From IMG/VR virus record IMGVR_UViG_3300028840_003906: 64,000 nt of DNA. One strand, given 5' to 3'. Below the pieces are notes generated by a model, which saw nothing but the letters and a program-made list of their open reading frames with translations, did no database searches and was not told the DNA's origin. The stretch comes from a virus. Shown here one piece after another: positions 31,630-42,054 of the stretch (positions are counted from its first letter, which is position 1; every line of letters begins with the position of its first letter). The position numbers and the translations under genes were made by a program.

Positions 31630-33270
31630 ATGCTGTCTTTGGCGATGGTTGTGAAGGATGAAGTGCTGACGATTGAGCGTGTGATCGAGTCGGTCAGCGG
31701 GGTGGTCGACGAGATCGTCGTCGGCGTGGACACTGAATCCTCAGACGGAACCCGGAAAATTGTAGAGAGGCTTGCCGATAAGGTGATCGATGTCGACCTG
31801 TCCAGGGAGCTTCGGGAGAAGGGGTCTGTTTGTGGGGATGAAGACTGGGGGTTCTCGAAGGCTCGGAACACAGTGATCGAGGCATGTGATCCGGAGAACT
31901 GGAAACTGATTTTGGATGGTCATGAGTTTGTCAGGAACCCGGATGTGCTCATGGGCGAACTTGAGTTCGCTTTCGGGCGCTTTGACGGGGTCACTGTGTC
32001 CGTTCACTTTGAGCCGGACTCGTACGGCATCCCCGTGGAGATCTTCGAGTCTGCGCGGGTCCTGGGGCCTTCAGTGCGGTACAAGAACCCGATTCACAAC
32101 GTTCCCGTGATCGGGAGGATGTATTATGCCAAATCGGTGGTGGTCGAGCACATGAAGCAAAAACAGGACAGATCTGCGAAGGTCGCTCGGGACGTTCAGC
32201 GTGCAGATTCGAATATTCAGGCGTTCATGGAAAAGGTCTCGAAGGATCCTGCGGATTCAAGAAGCTGGTTCTATCTAGCGACAGCGTACAAGGAATCATC
32301 CATGTGGCCGCAGGCGATAAACGCGTACAGCGAGTATCTGAAGGTGTCCAGCTGGAAAGAGGAGAGGTGTCACGCGCGTATGAGAATGGGCGCATGTCTT
32401 GATCGCCTTGGAGAATTCGACAGTGCGCATTCCCAGTTCGCGCTTGCGATCCAGGAGTTTCCTCAGATGGCGGAGCCTTACTACTATCTCGGGCACCTGA
32501 CGCACAAGCTGGGACGGTACCATGAGGCGCAGGTCTGGCTTGAGCGCTGTGTCCAGATGGAGATGCCGAACTGCTCGCTCTTCCTCACGCCAAAGATCTA
32601 CAAGGTTGATCGCTACGACAAGCTTTCGATGGTCTACCATCACCTGGGGCACTTTGGCCGAGCGATCAAGATGGCGGAGAAGGCTCTCGAATCGGCGAGC
32701 ATCAAGAGGATCTATGACAACGTTGAGTTCTGGAGGGGGCACATCCGAAGGCATGGCGGAGAATACTACGACCAGGTCTGGGAGGGCAGCTGCGATCCGT
32801 CTGATCTTGAAGAGCGCAGGATGGGTGTCATGGGAAAAGCGGTGTATCAGGCTTCGCGAGTCCTGGATGTCGGGTGCGGCCCCGGCCATATGATGGGGCA
32901 CGTTTGTCCTGCGTCTGAGTATGTGGGGGTGGACGTCTCCGAGCATGTCAGAGACATCATTCAGGAGCGTGGGCGCGAGTGTTTTGTGAGCTTGGAGGAT
33001 GTCCCGGATTACCGCTTTGATGCGTGCCTGCTTGGGGAGATCGTCGAGCACGTCGAGGACGATCTTGAGTTCGTTCTATCGCTGCGGAAGAAGCTCAAGG
33101 ATGGGGCTGTTGTCGTGGCGAGTGTCCCGAGGTATTGCTCGATGCGTGACCCGGCGCACACCAGGGATTACACTGAGGGTGAGTTCATGGAGCTGATGGG
33201 ACACCTTGGAAAAACCGAGATGTTGGATCCGATTGGTCCGTGGATGATCAGCAAGACTGTGATAGGATAG
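31630..33270 (+). CDS. GT2 glycosyltransferase - TPR - class I SAM methyltransferase fusion
   Basis: LSLAMVVKDE, IVVGVDTESSDGT, FSKARN, LILDGHE; TPR helices (RSWFYLATAY); VLDVGCGPG and FDACLLGEIVEHVED. Confidence 0.85.
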   Translation: MLSLAMVVKDEVLTIERVIESVSGVVDEIVVGVDTESSDGTRKIVERLADKVIDVDLSRELREKGSVCGDEDWGFSKARNTVIEACDPENWKLILDGHEFVRNPDVLMGELEFAFGRFDGVTVSVHFEPDSYGIPVEIFESARVLGPSVRYKNPIHNVPVIGRMYYAKSVVVEHMKQKQDRSAKVARDVQRADSNIQAFMEKVSKDPADSRSWFYLATAYKESSMWPQAINAYSEYLKVSSWKEERCHARMRMGACLDRLGEFDSAHSQFALAIQEFPQMAEPYYYLGHLTHKLGRYHEAQVWLERCVQMEMPNCSLFLTPKIYKVDRYDKLSMVYHHLGHFGRAIKMAEKALESASIKRIYDNVEFWRGHIRRHGGEYYDQVWEGSCDPSDLEERRMGVMGKAVYQASRVLDVGCGPGHMMGHVCPASEYVGVDVSEHVRDIIQERGRECFVSLEDVPDYRFDACLLGEIVEHVEDDLEFVLSLRKKLKDGAVVVASVPRYCSMRDPAHTRDYTEGEFMELMGHLGKTEMLDPIGPWMISKTVIG

Positions 33271-33286
33271 CCGGAGAGGTGATGAT

Positions 33287-33781
33287 GTGATTCTGATTGA
33301 CCTGAACCAAAGCGAAGTGACCCTTCAGGTTTATGCCATGAATCCGGACGGATCTCAGAAGCTCGATGTGACTTCAGGGACCGTCCGCGTGTACTACATG
33401 AACGCTGGTGTCGAGCAGGAGGTTCTCGCGGCGACGCCCCTGGTTCAGGTCGGAGCGACCAATGTCTGGCGGTACACTTGGAACCCTGCGTCTCTTCCGG
33501 TGAGGGAGTACGTTGCCGAGTACAAGATCAATGACGTGGTGAGGTCGGCGAAGATCAGCGAGGACGTTGTGGTTCGTGACATTGCCACTCAGACAGACCT
33601 CCTGATCATCAAGGCGGATGTCGAGTTGATCAAGAAGGTGGAGACGGGGCGTTGGAAGATCGAGAGCAACCAGATGACCTTCTATGATGACGATGGCGTG
33701 ACTCCGTTGCTGGTCTACAACCTGTACGATGACGCTGGTGTTCCGTCGATGACGGATGTGTTCGAGAGAAGGGAACCGTGA
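33287..33781 (+). CDS. hypothetical structural protein
   Basis: 164-aa ORF; GRWKIESNQMTFYDDDG motif. Confidence 0.65.
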   Translation: MILIDLNQSEVTLQVYAMNPDGSQKLDVTSGTVRVYYMNAGVEQEVLAATPLVQVGATNVWRYTWNPASLPVREYVAEYKINDVVRSAKISEDVVVRDIATQTDLLIIKADVELIKKVETGRWKIESNQMTFYDDDGVTPLLVYNLYDDAGVPSMTDVFERREP

Positions 33782-33945
33782 ACAGGATCATCACGAGAGG
33801 GATGGGGCCGCGCCACCTCCTGGTGACCAGGGGGTACGGGATTAGTAGTGCGGTTCAGAAGTTCCGCGAGATTCTCAACCTCGTCTCGAAAATCGGGACG
33901 AGTCTTTCGTTGGTGTCGAAATGGAAGAAGACAGACTGTGCCTGA
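33778..33945 (+). CDS. small hypothetical protein
   Basis: GTG start overlapping upstream stop; ITRGMG...LVTRGYG. Confidence 0.45.
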   Translation: MNRIITRGMGPRHLLVTRGYGISSAVQKFREILNLVSKIGTSLSLVSKWKKTDCA

Positions 33946-34076
33946 CATCGAAGATCGGATCCATTGTGGATGAGGGGATATCCCTGGTCTCCCAGGTGTC
34001 TCCTTCTCTGGAGCTGGTATCCAAGACGTCGGATGGGCTTGAACTGGTTTCAAAGATAGAGGTGGAAGAGATATGA
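33921..34076 (+). CDS. small hypothetical protein with L-x-LVSK repeats
   Basis: Open frame ATG 33921 to TGA overlapping next ATG. Confidence 0.4.
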   Translation: MEEDRLCLTSKIGSIVDEGISLVSQVSPSLELVSKTSDGLELVSKIEVEEI

Positions 34077-34381
34077 GTTGTGATGCAGCATGTAGTGGTC
34101 CCAGCAACTATTTCGTTGGGGATGCCGGAACATTGATCACCGTTGATACGTGCAGTGACATCACGGCGGCGACGCTTGCTGCCCTGGATGTGATGAAGCC
34201 GGACGGGTCCACGGATCGATGGGTTGGCTCAGTGGTGGACACTACAAAGATTCAGTACGTCGTGAGTGTTGGTGACTTTGACCAAGTCGGGGAGTACCGA
34301 CTCCAGGCGTACATTGAGATGCCAGGGTGGCAGGGCTGGGGGAACACCGTGACGTTCAAGGTCTCTGCACGGTTCCAATAA
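34073..34381 (+). CDS. hypothetical Ig-like structural protein
   Basis: beta-rich; DFDQVGEYRLQAYI motif typical of phage structural Ig/BppU-like domains. Confidence 0.6.
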   Translation: MSCDAACSGPSNYFVGDAGTLITVDTCSDITAATLAALDVMKPDGSTDRWVGSVVDTTKIQYVVSVGDFDQVGEYRLQAYIEMPGWQGWGNTVTFKVSARFQ

Positions 34382-35247
34382 TGGCGAAGAAGATCAGGTT
34401 CAAGAAGCCGAGGATTTCGACGAACTCTCCTGTTCTTGGGATGTTTGGGCTCCGGAGCTACGTCAAAACTTTCAACCTCATGGCGAAAGACATGCCAAAG
34501 CGGATGCAGCGTGGTCGGCAGCTGTTTTTGCTCTCGGTTGGTGGCATGGTTCGCGATAGCGTGCAGCGTCTTGCGCCTGAGATTGACATGGGCGATGAGG
34601 GGTTTGAGTACAAGGAGCATCTGAAGGTTGCCCTGGTGAGTGGAGAGGTGGACGGAATGGATGCGGTGGCCATCTTCTTCGATAATGCGAAAGTCAAGCT
34701 CAGCTCCGAGAACATGGATCAGAAGGTTCTCTATTTCCAGGCGACAGAGAGGTCTCCAGAGTGGGTGAATGTGCTCATGGTGTATGGCCCGTGGCCTGCG
34801 ACGATGGTGCCTGTTCCGTTTGACAACATGGATGCGAAGGTTGTCTCGCGGAATGCCAGGGAGGACGAGATAAAGGCGCTTGCGGGGCGTCTGTACGTGA
34901 AGCGTGGGGACATAGAGACGGACCTTCGCAGGGCCGGTGCGACGAAGGTGACGATCGACAAGACGCCTCACGGGGCGGGTATTGTGGTTCATGAAGATGT
35001 CGGATATAATGTTTTGCGTGCTGAGTTTGGTTTTGACGGTGAGTCCCAGAAGGCGCACTGGAGGCCAGCTCTGAAAGAGGTGAAGGGGAAGGTTCCAGAT
35101 CTGATGAAGCGGTACCTCATGTATCTCAAAACTGGCCGGGAGAGTTTTTTTGAATTGCCATCTGATATCGTGCGCGCTACGGTATCAGAGTTGAACAAAG
35201 GGGCGAAGTTCGCGAGTGAATTGGCCCCGTTTGCCCCGAAAGGGTAG
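34381..35247 (+). CDS. hypothetical tail-completion region protein
   Basis: ATG 34381 coupled to upstream TAA. Confidence 0.65.
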   Translation: MAKKIRFKKPRISTNSPVLGMFGLRSYVKTFNLMAKDMPKRMQRGRQLFLLSVGGMVRDSVQRLAPEIDMGDEGFEYKEHLKVALVSGEVDGMDAVAIFFDNAKVKLSSENMDQKVLYFQATERSPEWVNVLMVYGPWPATMVPVPFDNMDAKVVSRNAREDEIKALAGRLYVKRGDIETDLRRAGATKVTIDKTPHGAGIVVHEDVGYNVLRAEFGFDGESQKAHWRPALKEVKGKVPDLMKRYLMYLKTGRESFFELPSDIVRATVSELNKGAKFASELAPFAPKG

Positions 35248-35262
35248 TTGAAAGGTGAAGTG

Positions 35263-35550
35263 ATGCCAGAAGTTTCAAGGTTGGACGATCTGAATTCGAC
35301 ATTGGTTGGTGTGGAGAACGAGCTTCTAAAGCGGAAGGTGCAGCGCCAGGACGACACAATCGACGGCGCCATGGACATCATCAACAAGGCCGCAGAGGAT
35401 GGCGCGATCGAAGTCAAGGATTGCGACGGTTGTGGCGGGGACGAACCGGATCCGGATGGTGGTTCAGAGGAAGAGCCCGAGGGCGGCGATGGGGATGACG
35501 GTGGAGATGATGGCGACGGCGGTGACGATGGTGGCGGCGAGGGCGACTGA
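35263..35550 (+). CDS. small acidic hypothetical protein
   Basis: ORF with G/D/E-rich tail. Confidence 0.55.
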   Translation: MPEVSRLDDLNSTLVGVENELLKRKVQRQDDTIDGAMDIINKAAEDGAIEVKDCDGCGGDEPDPDGGSEEEPEGGDGDDGGDDGDGGDDGGGEGD

Positions 35551-35579
35551 AAACGAACTCAAGTTCGCAGAGGGTCTGA

Positions 35580-36326
35580 ATGAGCATACTTGGAACAGTG
35601 AGCCTTCGTGATTGGGACGAAGGATGCATGAAGACCCTTGGGGCGGACATTTCAACATACCAGGTGGACGGAGACACGCGCGCGATCTACACGGTGGACG
35701 TGCCGTACCTCGATTCCGGCTTTGCAGACTTGGGCGACAGGGTTCCAGTCCAGTTCCAGGATCCGGAGGATGTGTACCAGCCGTTCGTCTTGCCGTGTTT
35801 TCAGTTTCGTCAGAACGATCTGACGCCTGCGTTTGACAGACATCCCTGGTACACGTGGGTCGCCCGTGCACCGGCTGATGACGCTGTGGAGATCATCCTC
35901 CCGGACGGAACGAAGGGGTACGACAAGTACAAGAACCAGTGGAGGGCGACTCAGTTCGACATCACGTACGATTGTATGGTGCTTGCCAGGCGTAAGCAGG
36001 AGGCGCTCCTCATGCTCTTCTACGCTCTTCGGCACTTCATCCCACCTTGGTTCATTTTCAAAGTTGTTGACAGCAAGGGTGATGTGCGAGAATATGATGC
36101 AGGAGAGATGACAATTTCGAATACTTCGGAGTTGGCGGACATCGCGGAGAGGACAGTGAGCTACACGATCTCATTCACGGTCAGAGCGGAGGTTGACATC
36201 CACGATGATCGTGTGTTCGCAGCCATGGTCGAACCGCATGTGACTTACGCACGGTACACACCCTCTGAGATTTCAGAAATCAACCAGAAGAATCGGGACG
36301 TCCGTCTCGGTATCTCAGAAAGCTAG
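35580..36326 (+). CDS. tail terminator / sheath stabiliser (T4 gp15-like)
   Basis: RVPVQF, LPCFQF, FDITYDCMV, YTISFTVRAEV; upstream of sheath. Confidence 0.65.
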   Translation: MSILGTVSLRDWDEGCMKTLGADISTYQVDGDTRAIYTVDVPYLDSGFADLGDRVPVQFQDPEDVYQPFVLPCFQFRQNDLTPAFDRHPWYTWVARAPADDAVEIILPDGTKGYDKYKNQWRATQFDITYDCMVLARRKQEALLMLFYALRHFIPPWFIFKVVDSKGDVREYDAGEMTISNTSELADIAERTVSYTISFTVRAEVDIHDDRVFAAMVEPHVTYARYTPSEISEINQKNRDVRLGISES

Positions 36327-36334
36327 GAGGAATC

Positions 36335-36838
36335 ATGCCGTGGTTTTACTATTCAGGAAATGTCCCTCGATCGGTACAGGTGAAAAAAGGTCTTTCGATT
36401 GCCTTGAAGCCTCACAGTAAGGTTGAGATCTTCGACGTGAACACCCCCGAGGTGAAGGCACTCAAGAAAAAGGGAGATCTTCGTCTGACTTCGAAGCCGA
36501 AGGGTGCTGTTTCACTGAAGGATGCCCCGACGATGTCCGCGAAGGATGTCGAGAAGGTCACCCCGAAGTCGAATCTCGCGAAGGTTGTCGCGGAGAAGGG
36601 TGTGACCGGAAAGAAGGGGCAGACGCCGAAGTCGAAGAAGCCCGAGATGACAGAGGGTGAGACGCAGGCTGCCTCGAAAAACAAACCGGTCGAAGAGTCC
36701 AAGCCCGACACTAAGGGATCGGACGTCGAAAAAGCTGAAGATGTTGACGTGTTGTCGAATGCTGAAAGTGGCCCCGATGGAGATGGGGACGGCAAGAAAA
36801 AGAAAGCAAGAAAAGGCCGTGGCCGCAAAGGTCAGTAG
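36335..36838 (+). CDS. Lys-rich hypothetical protein
   Basis: AGGAGG SD, 167 aa. Confidence 0.65.
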   Translation: MPWFYYSGNVPRSVQVKKGLSIALKPHSKVEIFDVNTPEVKALKKKGDLRLTSKPKGAVSLKDAPTMSAKDVEKVTPKSNLAKVVAEKGVTGKKGQTPKSKKPEMTEGETQAASKNKPVEESKPDTKGSDVEKAEDVDVLSNAESGPDGDGDGKKKKARKGRGRKGQ

Positions 36839-36863
36839 GTCCTAGACAACACGGAGACAGAAA

Positions 36864-39644
36864 ATGCCCGAGTACACTTACCCTGGCCCACGAATCCAAG
36901 AAGTATCAGGTGGTCCTGGCCCGATCGCAGGGGTTTCGACATCGAATCTCGGCCTGATCGGCTTCACAAAGAAGGGACCCGTCGACGAGCCGATTCTGTC
37001 GACGAGCTTCAATGAGTTCAAGGCTTCCTTCGGTGACTTCACTGAGGACGGCCTGACCCCGACGATGGCGTATGCCTTCTTCCAGAACGGTGGCCAGCGG
37101 CTCTACACGGTGCGTGTGACTGCCTCGGATGCCGAGGATGCGCTCTGGGATTACCTCTACTCGATCACGAGTGCGAGCCCTGAGGAGCTTGGCGACACCG
37201 CCGAGGGGACCGGAATCTACAGCCTGCAGATCGACAATGCTCCGATCGATCCGACCAGTGTTGAGATCACGTTCAACAGCGGATCTACGGACAATGTGTT
37301 CACCGACGCTGCTGGCGATGGCGTTCTCACGAAGACGAGCGGCGCGGGATCTGGCGGGACGGGTTCGATCAACTACACCACAGGTGAAGTGAGCATCACC
37401 CTCGCCGTGCCTGGAGACTACACGGGTGGCGCGGACAAGATCGAGGCCGTGTACGACTACGTGGTGTTCCAGTTCCGGATGAAGTGGCCGGGCGAGGCTG
37501 GGAACTACTACCGCGTGAGCATCGTGCCTGGAGACAGCGACTACCTCACTCAGGCGACCGCTTCCTACAGCAGGTTCACGGTCCTGGTCGAGGAGGATAC
37601 CGACGCTGGTGTGACCGGTGTTCCGTCTTGGGTGACGGTCGAGCAGTTCACCGACCTCGTGTTCAACGACACGAGCAGCCCGAACTACATCGAGACGGTC
37701 ATCAATGCCGACTACAACGGATCGGACATCATCGAGGTCGTCGGTTACGGCAACGAGATGAATCCTCCTGAGCTGCAGGGGACCCAGGTCACCGCAGAGG
37801 ACTTCTCGGGAACGATGGTCCATTCGGATGGATCTTCCGCGTCGACACCGGACGTCTACGATGGGCTCTGGAAGGGGTGGACGTACGATCTGGCCAACGG
37901 ATGCTTCCCGACGACGTTCGATGCGAGCTTCAAGTTCTCGGATGGCGCGATCTACGCTTCCGGCGCGGATGACTCGGGTGGATCAGGAAACGCTTTCCTG
38001 ACCGACTCGACGGCGGCGTGGCCGGTGAACGGCCTGGTCGGTCTGATTCTGTACAACACAGCCGACGGAAGCCATGGTGTCATCACGGCGAATACCGCGA
38101 CGACGGCGACGGCGACTCTGGCCGGTGGTACCGGGAACGACTGGGACGACACCGACACCTACGAGATCCGGGCTCCTTTGAGGATCGGAACGGGTGCGGC
38201 GGGTCCGGTTGCGGTGGCGGATGTTGTTTCACCTGGAAGCACTTCTGTCCCGGCGGCGATCACTCCGAGTTCGGTGAAGATCACTGTTCAGCTGACCACG
38301 GCTGGATCCCAGGTTATCGTCGATGACGGATCTGGAAACCTGTGGGATGGTGTGGCTGGTGCATGTGGAACGATCGACTACACGACGGGCCAGATTGCCT
38401 ACTCCGGTACCGATGATCAGATCGACATCAGCGGTGTCACGGCGTGGGCCGCCGACACGATCGTTGCTGGTGCTCCGATTTGGTTCGCGTGCGACTACGC
38501 GACTGCGATCTCGGTTGTGGACGACGGTGATGGGAATCTGTCGCTCAACACGACACAGGCGACTGGGTACCCGCAGAAGTTCATCTTGGACGAGAACGGC
38601 ACCAACGAGATCGACTACGACACTGGCGGGTTCACTCTGACGTGGGCCGTCTCCGGATCCCCGGCGCTTGGACCGGGTGGCGCGACTGCTCAGACGGCGG
38701 ACTACTACACGCAGCCTGACGAGAGCGTGACGGGGCAGATGACGGGCGGATCCGACGGCTCGGCCCTGACATCGAATGATGTCGTTGGGGCGACCCTGGC
38801 GGCGGACCAGCGCGGTCTGTGGGCGTTCGGCAAGGTGGATGAGCTGATGCAGCTCGTGGCCTCGGACTTCCAGACGGACACGACGGTTGCCGACTCGCTG
38901 ATCACCTACGCCGAGCTGAACAAGGACAAGTTCGTGATCCTGACGGTCCCGGCAGGTCTCACTCCGCAGGAGGCGGTCAACTGGAAGAAGTTCCAGCTGC
39001 AGAAGTTCACCTCCTACGCGGCGCTGTACTACCCGCACATCAAGATCATCGACCCGGTCACCGAGGTGGCCACAGATGTTCCTTGCGGTGGTCACGTCGC
39101 GGGTGTGTACGCGCGAACGGACATCACGAAGAACGTCGGCAAGGCTCCGGCTGGTGTCGAGGATGGGAAGATCAACTGGGCGGTTGGACTGGAGCTGGAT
39201 CTCACCAGGGACCAGGTCGGCGTCTGCTACCCGGAGAAGATCAACTGCCTCGTTCAGTGGCCGCAGACCGGACGTTGCGTCTGGGGCGCTCGTACCCTCG
39301 ATATCGCGGGTGGAGAGTGGCCGTACATCCAGATGCGGCGCCTGTTCATGTTCTGCGAGAAGTCGGTGTTCAACGCGACGCACACGCATGTGTTCAAGAA
39401 CAACGGTCCTTCTCTGTGGGCCGCGATCCGGACCCAGGTTTCGAGCTTCCTTCTGGGGCTCTACCAGGCCGGATACTTCGCCGGAACCAGCGCAGAGGAT
39501 GCGTTCTACGTGATCTGCGACCGGACGAACAACCCGCAGAACACGGTGGATCAGGGGCTCGTTTTCTGCGACATCGGTATCGCACCGAACAAGCCTGCGG
39601 AATTCATAGTATTCCGGTTCCAGCAGAAGGCTCTGACCGCGTAA
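36864..39644 (+). CDS. tail sheath protein with multiple inserted domains
   Basis: PGPRIQE, GFTKKGPVD, AFFQNGG, YAALYYP, GVYARTD, WGARTL, YIQMRRL, KPAEFIVFRFQQ. Confidence 0.95.
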   Translation: MPEYTYPGPRIQEVSGGPGPIAGVSTSNLGLIGFTKKGPVDEPILSTSFNEFKASFGDFTEDGLTPTMAYAFFQNGGQRLYTVRVTASDAEDALWDYLYSITSASPEELGDTAEGTGIYSLQIDNAPIDPTSVEITFNSGSTDNVFTDAAGDGVLTKTSGAGSGGTGSINYTTGEVSITLAVPGDYTGGADKIEAVYDYVVFQFRMKWPGEAGNYYRVSIVPGDSDYLTQATASYSRFTVLVEEDTDAGVTGVPSWVTVEQFTDLVFNDTSSPNYIETVINADYNGSDIIEVVGYGNEMNPPELQGTQVTAEDFSGTMVHSDGSSASTPDVYDGLWKGWTYDLANGCFPTTFDASFKFSDGAIYASGADDSGGSGNAFLTDSTAAWPVNGLVGLILYNTADGSHGVITANTATTATATLAGGTGNDWDDTDTYEIRAPLRIGTGAAGPVAVADVVSPGSTSVPAAITPSSVKITVQLTTAGSQVIVDDGSGNLWDGVAGACGTIDYTTGQIAYSGTDDQIDISGVTAWAADTIVAGAPIWFACDYATAISVVDDGDGNLSLNTTQATGYPQKFILDENGTNEIDYDTGGFTLTWAVSGSPALGPGGATAQTADYYTQPDESVTGQMTGGSDGSALTSNDVVGATLAADQRGLWAFGKVDELMQLVASDFQTDTTVADSLITYAELNKDKFVILTVPAGLTPQEAVNWKKFQLQKFTSYAALYYPHIKIIDPVTEVATDVPCGGHVAGVYARTDITKNVGKAPAGVEDGKINWAVGLELDLTRDQVGVCYPEKINCLVQWPQTGRCVWGARTLDIAGGEWPYIQMRRLFMFCEKSVFNATHTHVFKNNGPSLWAAIRTQVSSFLLGLYQAGYFAGTSAEDAFYVICDRTNNPQNTVDQGLVFCDIGIAPNKPAEFIVFRFQQKALTA

Positions 39645-39662
39645 GCGGGATAGGGGATTGAG

Positions 39663-40427
39663 ATGACCACTACGGTAATACCGGTAGTCTCTATTCAGGA
39701 AGTGTACAGTACGGGGCAGATCAATGGATCCGCCCCGGACGGTACGCCGACTGATGAGCAGGAGTACAGGGGCAGGATCCAGAAATGGCTGGCTGGCTCT
39801 GTTGGCGGGGAATTCGATGCTCCAGATCTGACCGGCATGCGTGTCGAGCAGGTGTTCTGGTTCATCGAGGCCGCCTCAACTCCCAATGTCGACATCTACC
39901 TGGTGGACGACAATGGGACTGAGTACCTCATCGATTCACAGAATCTTGCGAGCGGATCGTGGGCTCAGACCAACCACGGGATCATGGTTCCTCCGGGGTT
40001 CAAGATCCGCGTCAAGTCCGATCAGGCAATTGGTGCTGCGGTCCCGATCGTCTCTGAGGACACTGGGGTTACCGGTGATGGTGTGTCTGCGGACTACGAA
40101 CTTGTGTTCGCTGAGACGCCTGTCAAGGCTGGGACGGTATCCATTGTGGCTGGGAGCGTGACGTTCACGGATCCTGGCTCGGATGGAATTCTGGTTGGTG
40201 CCGGTGGCGGTGGGGGATCTGGGACGATCGATTATCTGACTGGTGTCGCGACGATTACCCTGAACACGCCATCAGATTTCAATGCGGTGAATGCGCTTGC
40301 GAGCTACACCCACGAGAAATTCGGGCGTGTGGGGATCGTGATTCACCAGGGATGGGGACAGCCAACGCCGAGTCAGACTGGAATGATTGGCAAAGAGAGT
40401 CTTCCTCCGTCCATGCAGCGGGCGTAG
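39663..40427 (+). CDS. hypothetical tail structural protein
   Basis: Between sheath and tube; GTIDYLTG module shared with sheath. Confidence 0.7.
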   Translation: MTTTVIPVVSIQEVYSTGQINGSAPDGTPTDEQEYRGRIQKWLAGSVGGEFDAPDLTGMRVEQVFWFIEAASTPNVDIYLVDDNGTEYLIDSQNLASGSWAQTNHGIMVPPGFKIRVKSDQAIGAAVPIVSEDTGVTGDGVSADYELVFAETPVKAGTVSIVAGSVTFTDPGSDGILVGAGGGGGSGTIDYLTGVATITLNTPSDFNAVNALASYTHEKFGRVGIVIHQGWGQPTPSQTGMIGKESLPPSMQRA

Positions 40428-40446
40428 GAGTTAAGGAGAGAGAGAA

Positions 40447-40974
40447 ATGGCACGAGCAGCTGTTGATGATCTGATGCAATCGTTCAGGTTTCACGTCGTT
40501 GCGACGACAGCCGACGCGACAAACCCTCTCGAATTCAGCCGTCCTGGCGAGTTCGAGGGAGGCGGGCAGGCTGGATTCCAAAGCGTGACGATTCCTGAGG
40601 TGAGCGTCGAGGCCACGGAGTACCGTGAGGGCACCTTCGTTTGGACCCAGAAATATCCTGGGCCGCCCACCGTATCGGACGTGACTCTGATGCGAGGTGT
40701 GGCGAAGGCCGACACAACCTTCTACGACTGGGTCAGGGATAGCATCGACGGCGACGAGTATCGCTGCGATGTTACGATCTACCACTACCAGCGCACAGAG
40801 ATGGGTGCTGCGTCTCAGTCGGAGACGGGAGACACCTTCCGTCGGATCGAGTGCAAGAACTGCTTTGGTATGCGCGCCAAGCCAGCTGGTGATTTCGACT
40901 CCATGTCCGGGGAGGTATCCCTGGCCGAGGTCGACTTCGCGCTGGAGTCGTTCATCCTCGAACCGTCTGCATGA
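40447..40974 (+). CDS. tail tube protein (T4 gp19-like)
   Basis: FRFHV, GFQSVTIPE, YREG, KYPG, VTLMRG, FYDW. Confidence 0.9.
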   Translation: MARAAVDDLMQSFRFHVVATTADATNPLEFSRPGEFEGGGQAGFQSVTIPEVSVEATEYREGTFVWTQKYPGPPTVSDVTLMRGVAKADTTFYDWVRDSIDGDEYRCDVTIYHYQRTEMGAASQSETGDTFRRIECKNCFGMRAKPAGDFDSMSGEVSLAEVDFALESFILEPSA

Positions 40975-40998
40975 TCTTCAGAGGGAGGAGCACCTTGA

Positions 40999-41556
40999 AT
41001 GGCCAGGAGTCGTGCAGCGGACTTTTTGCAGAACCATCGCTTCTGGCTACTTGATGTAGTTCCTAGCGCGACGTTCCCGTATCTGGTTTTGGGCGCCCCT
41101 CTTCTCGGGTTTCAATCCATCACAACGCCGGAATACACAGCTGACGTCGACGAGATCAAGCAGCTGAATTCGATGTACAAGAGGCATGTGTACTCCGGTG
41201 GTGGGGTGGGACCGATCACGTTGACACGTGGGATGCTTGGATACGACGACACGTTTTGGCAGTGGATGTCGAGGGCTATTCGTGGGATCGATACGACGAA
41301 TCGGGATCTTTTGTTGATTCAGTTTTCAAACATAAGTTTGTCCGGTCTTGATGCTGGTCCTGTCGAGGACTTGCCAGGAGATGCCTGGGAGGGGAGAGCT
41401 TTTCTTCCGGCCAAAGCATGGCTTCTGTGGGATTGCATCCCGACGCGGTACAAAGCTGGATCGGACTTTGATGCCCAAAGTGGGCAGGTCAGCATTGCGG
41501 AGCTAGAGGTGCAACCGTGGGCTTTTACCGAAATCACACTCGGAAGCCCGTTATAG
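40999..41556 (+). CDS. second tail tube-like protein (gp19 family)
   Basis: FWLLD, GFQSIT, ITLTRG, FWQW, WDCIPTRY, FDA-x4-VSIAELEV. Confidence 0.85.
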   Translation: MARSRAADFLQNHRFWLLDVVPSATFPYLVLGAPLLGFQSITTPEYTADVDEIKQLNSMYKRHVYSGGGVGPITLTRGMLGYDDTFWQWMSRAIRGIDTTNRDLLLIQFSNISLSGLDAGPVEDLPGDAWEGRAFLPAKAWLLWDCIPTRYKAGSDFDAQSGQVSIAELEVQPWAFTEITLGSPL

Positions 41557-41566
41557 GAGAAGAGTG

Positions 41567-42022
41567 ATGTCGAGGAAATTGGTAGAGGAGCTGAAAAGTT
41601 TTCTGGATGACAAGCCGGTCGTGGCCGAAGGGAATGAGATCTCCGAGGATCAGGATGGCGAAGAGAATCCAGAAGAGAGCGAAGTGAGTGTGTTGGATGA
41701 GGTCGACAGTCTCCTGGGTGACGAAGATCAGGAAGTTGGTGATCTCGAAGAGATGAAGGTGTATGAGGTTCCGAGGCGCAAGGCTGATCTCGACGAGAAG
41801 ACACCGGCAAATCTGAAGAAGCGCGTGGCTCTTTTGAAGAGCGCGGCCAAGAAGGTCGAGGGGGCGATTGGGGATCTGGCGAAGATTCCGAAGCTCGACT
41901 TCATGGGGGATATCCCCCATTTCTCCGAGAAGCTCCATGATGCTCTTGTTGGCGAGGGTGCTGGCAGCGGGACCGGGCTCGTGGATCTAGCGAAGGGCTA
42001 CGAGAAGGAAATGAAGAAGTAG
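41567..42022 (+). CDS. hypothetical protein (leader variant MSRKLVEEL)
   Basis: AGGAG SD; acidic N-half. Confidence 0.6.
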   Translation: MSRKLVEELKSFLDDKPVVAEGNEISEDQDGEENPEESEVSVLDEVDSLLGDEDQEVGDLEEMKVYEVPRRKADLDEKTPANLKKRVALLKSAAKKVEGAIGDLAKIPKLDFMGDIPHFSEKLHDALVGEGAGSGTGLVDLAKGYEKEMKK

Positions 42023-42054
42023 GACGAACTCAAGTTCGCTTGGAGGAGAGAATC

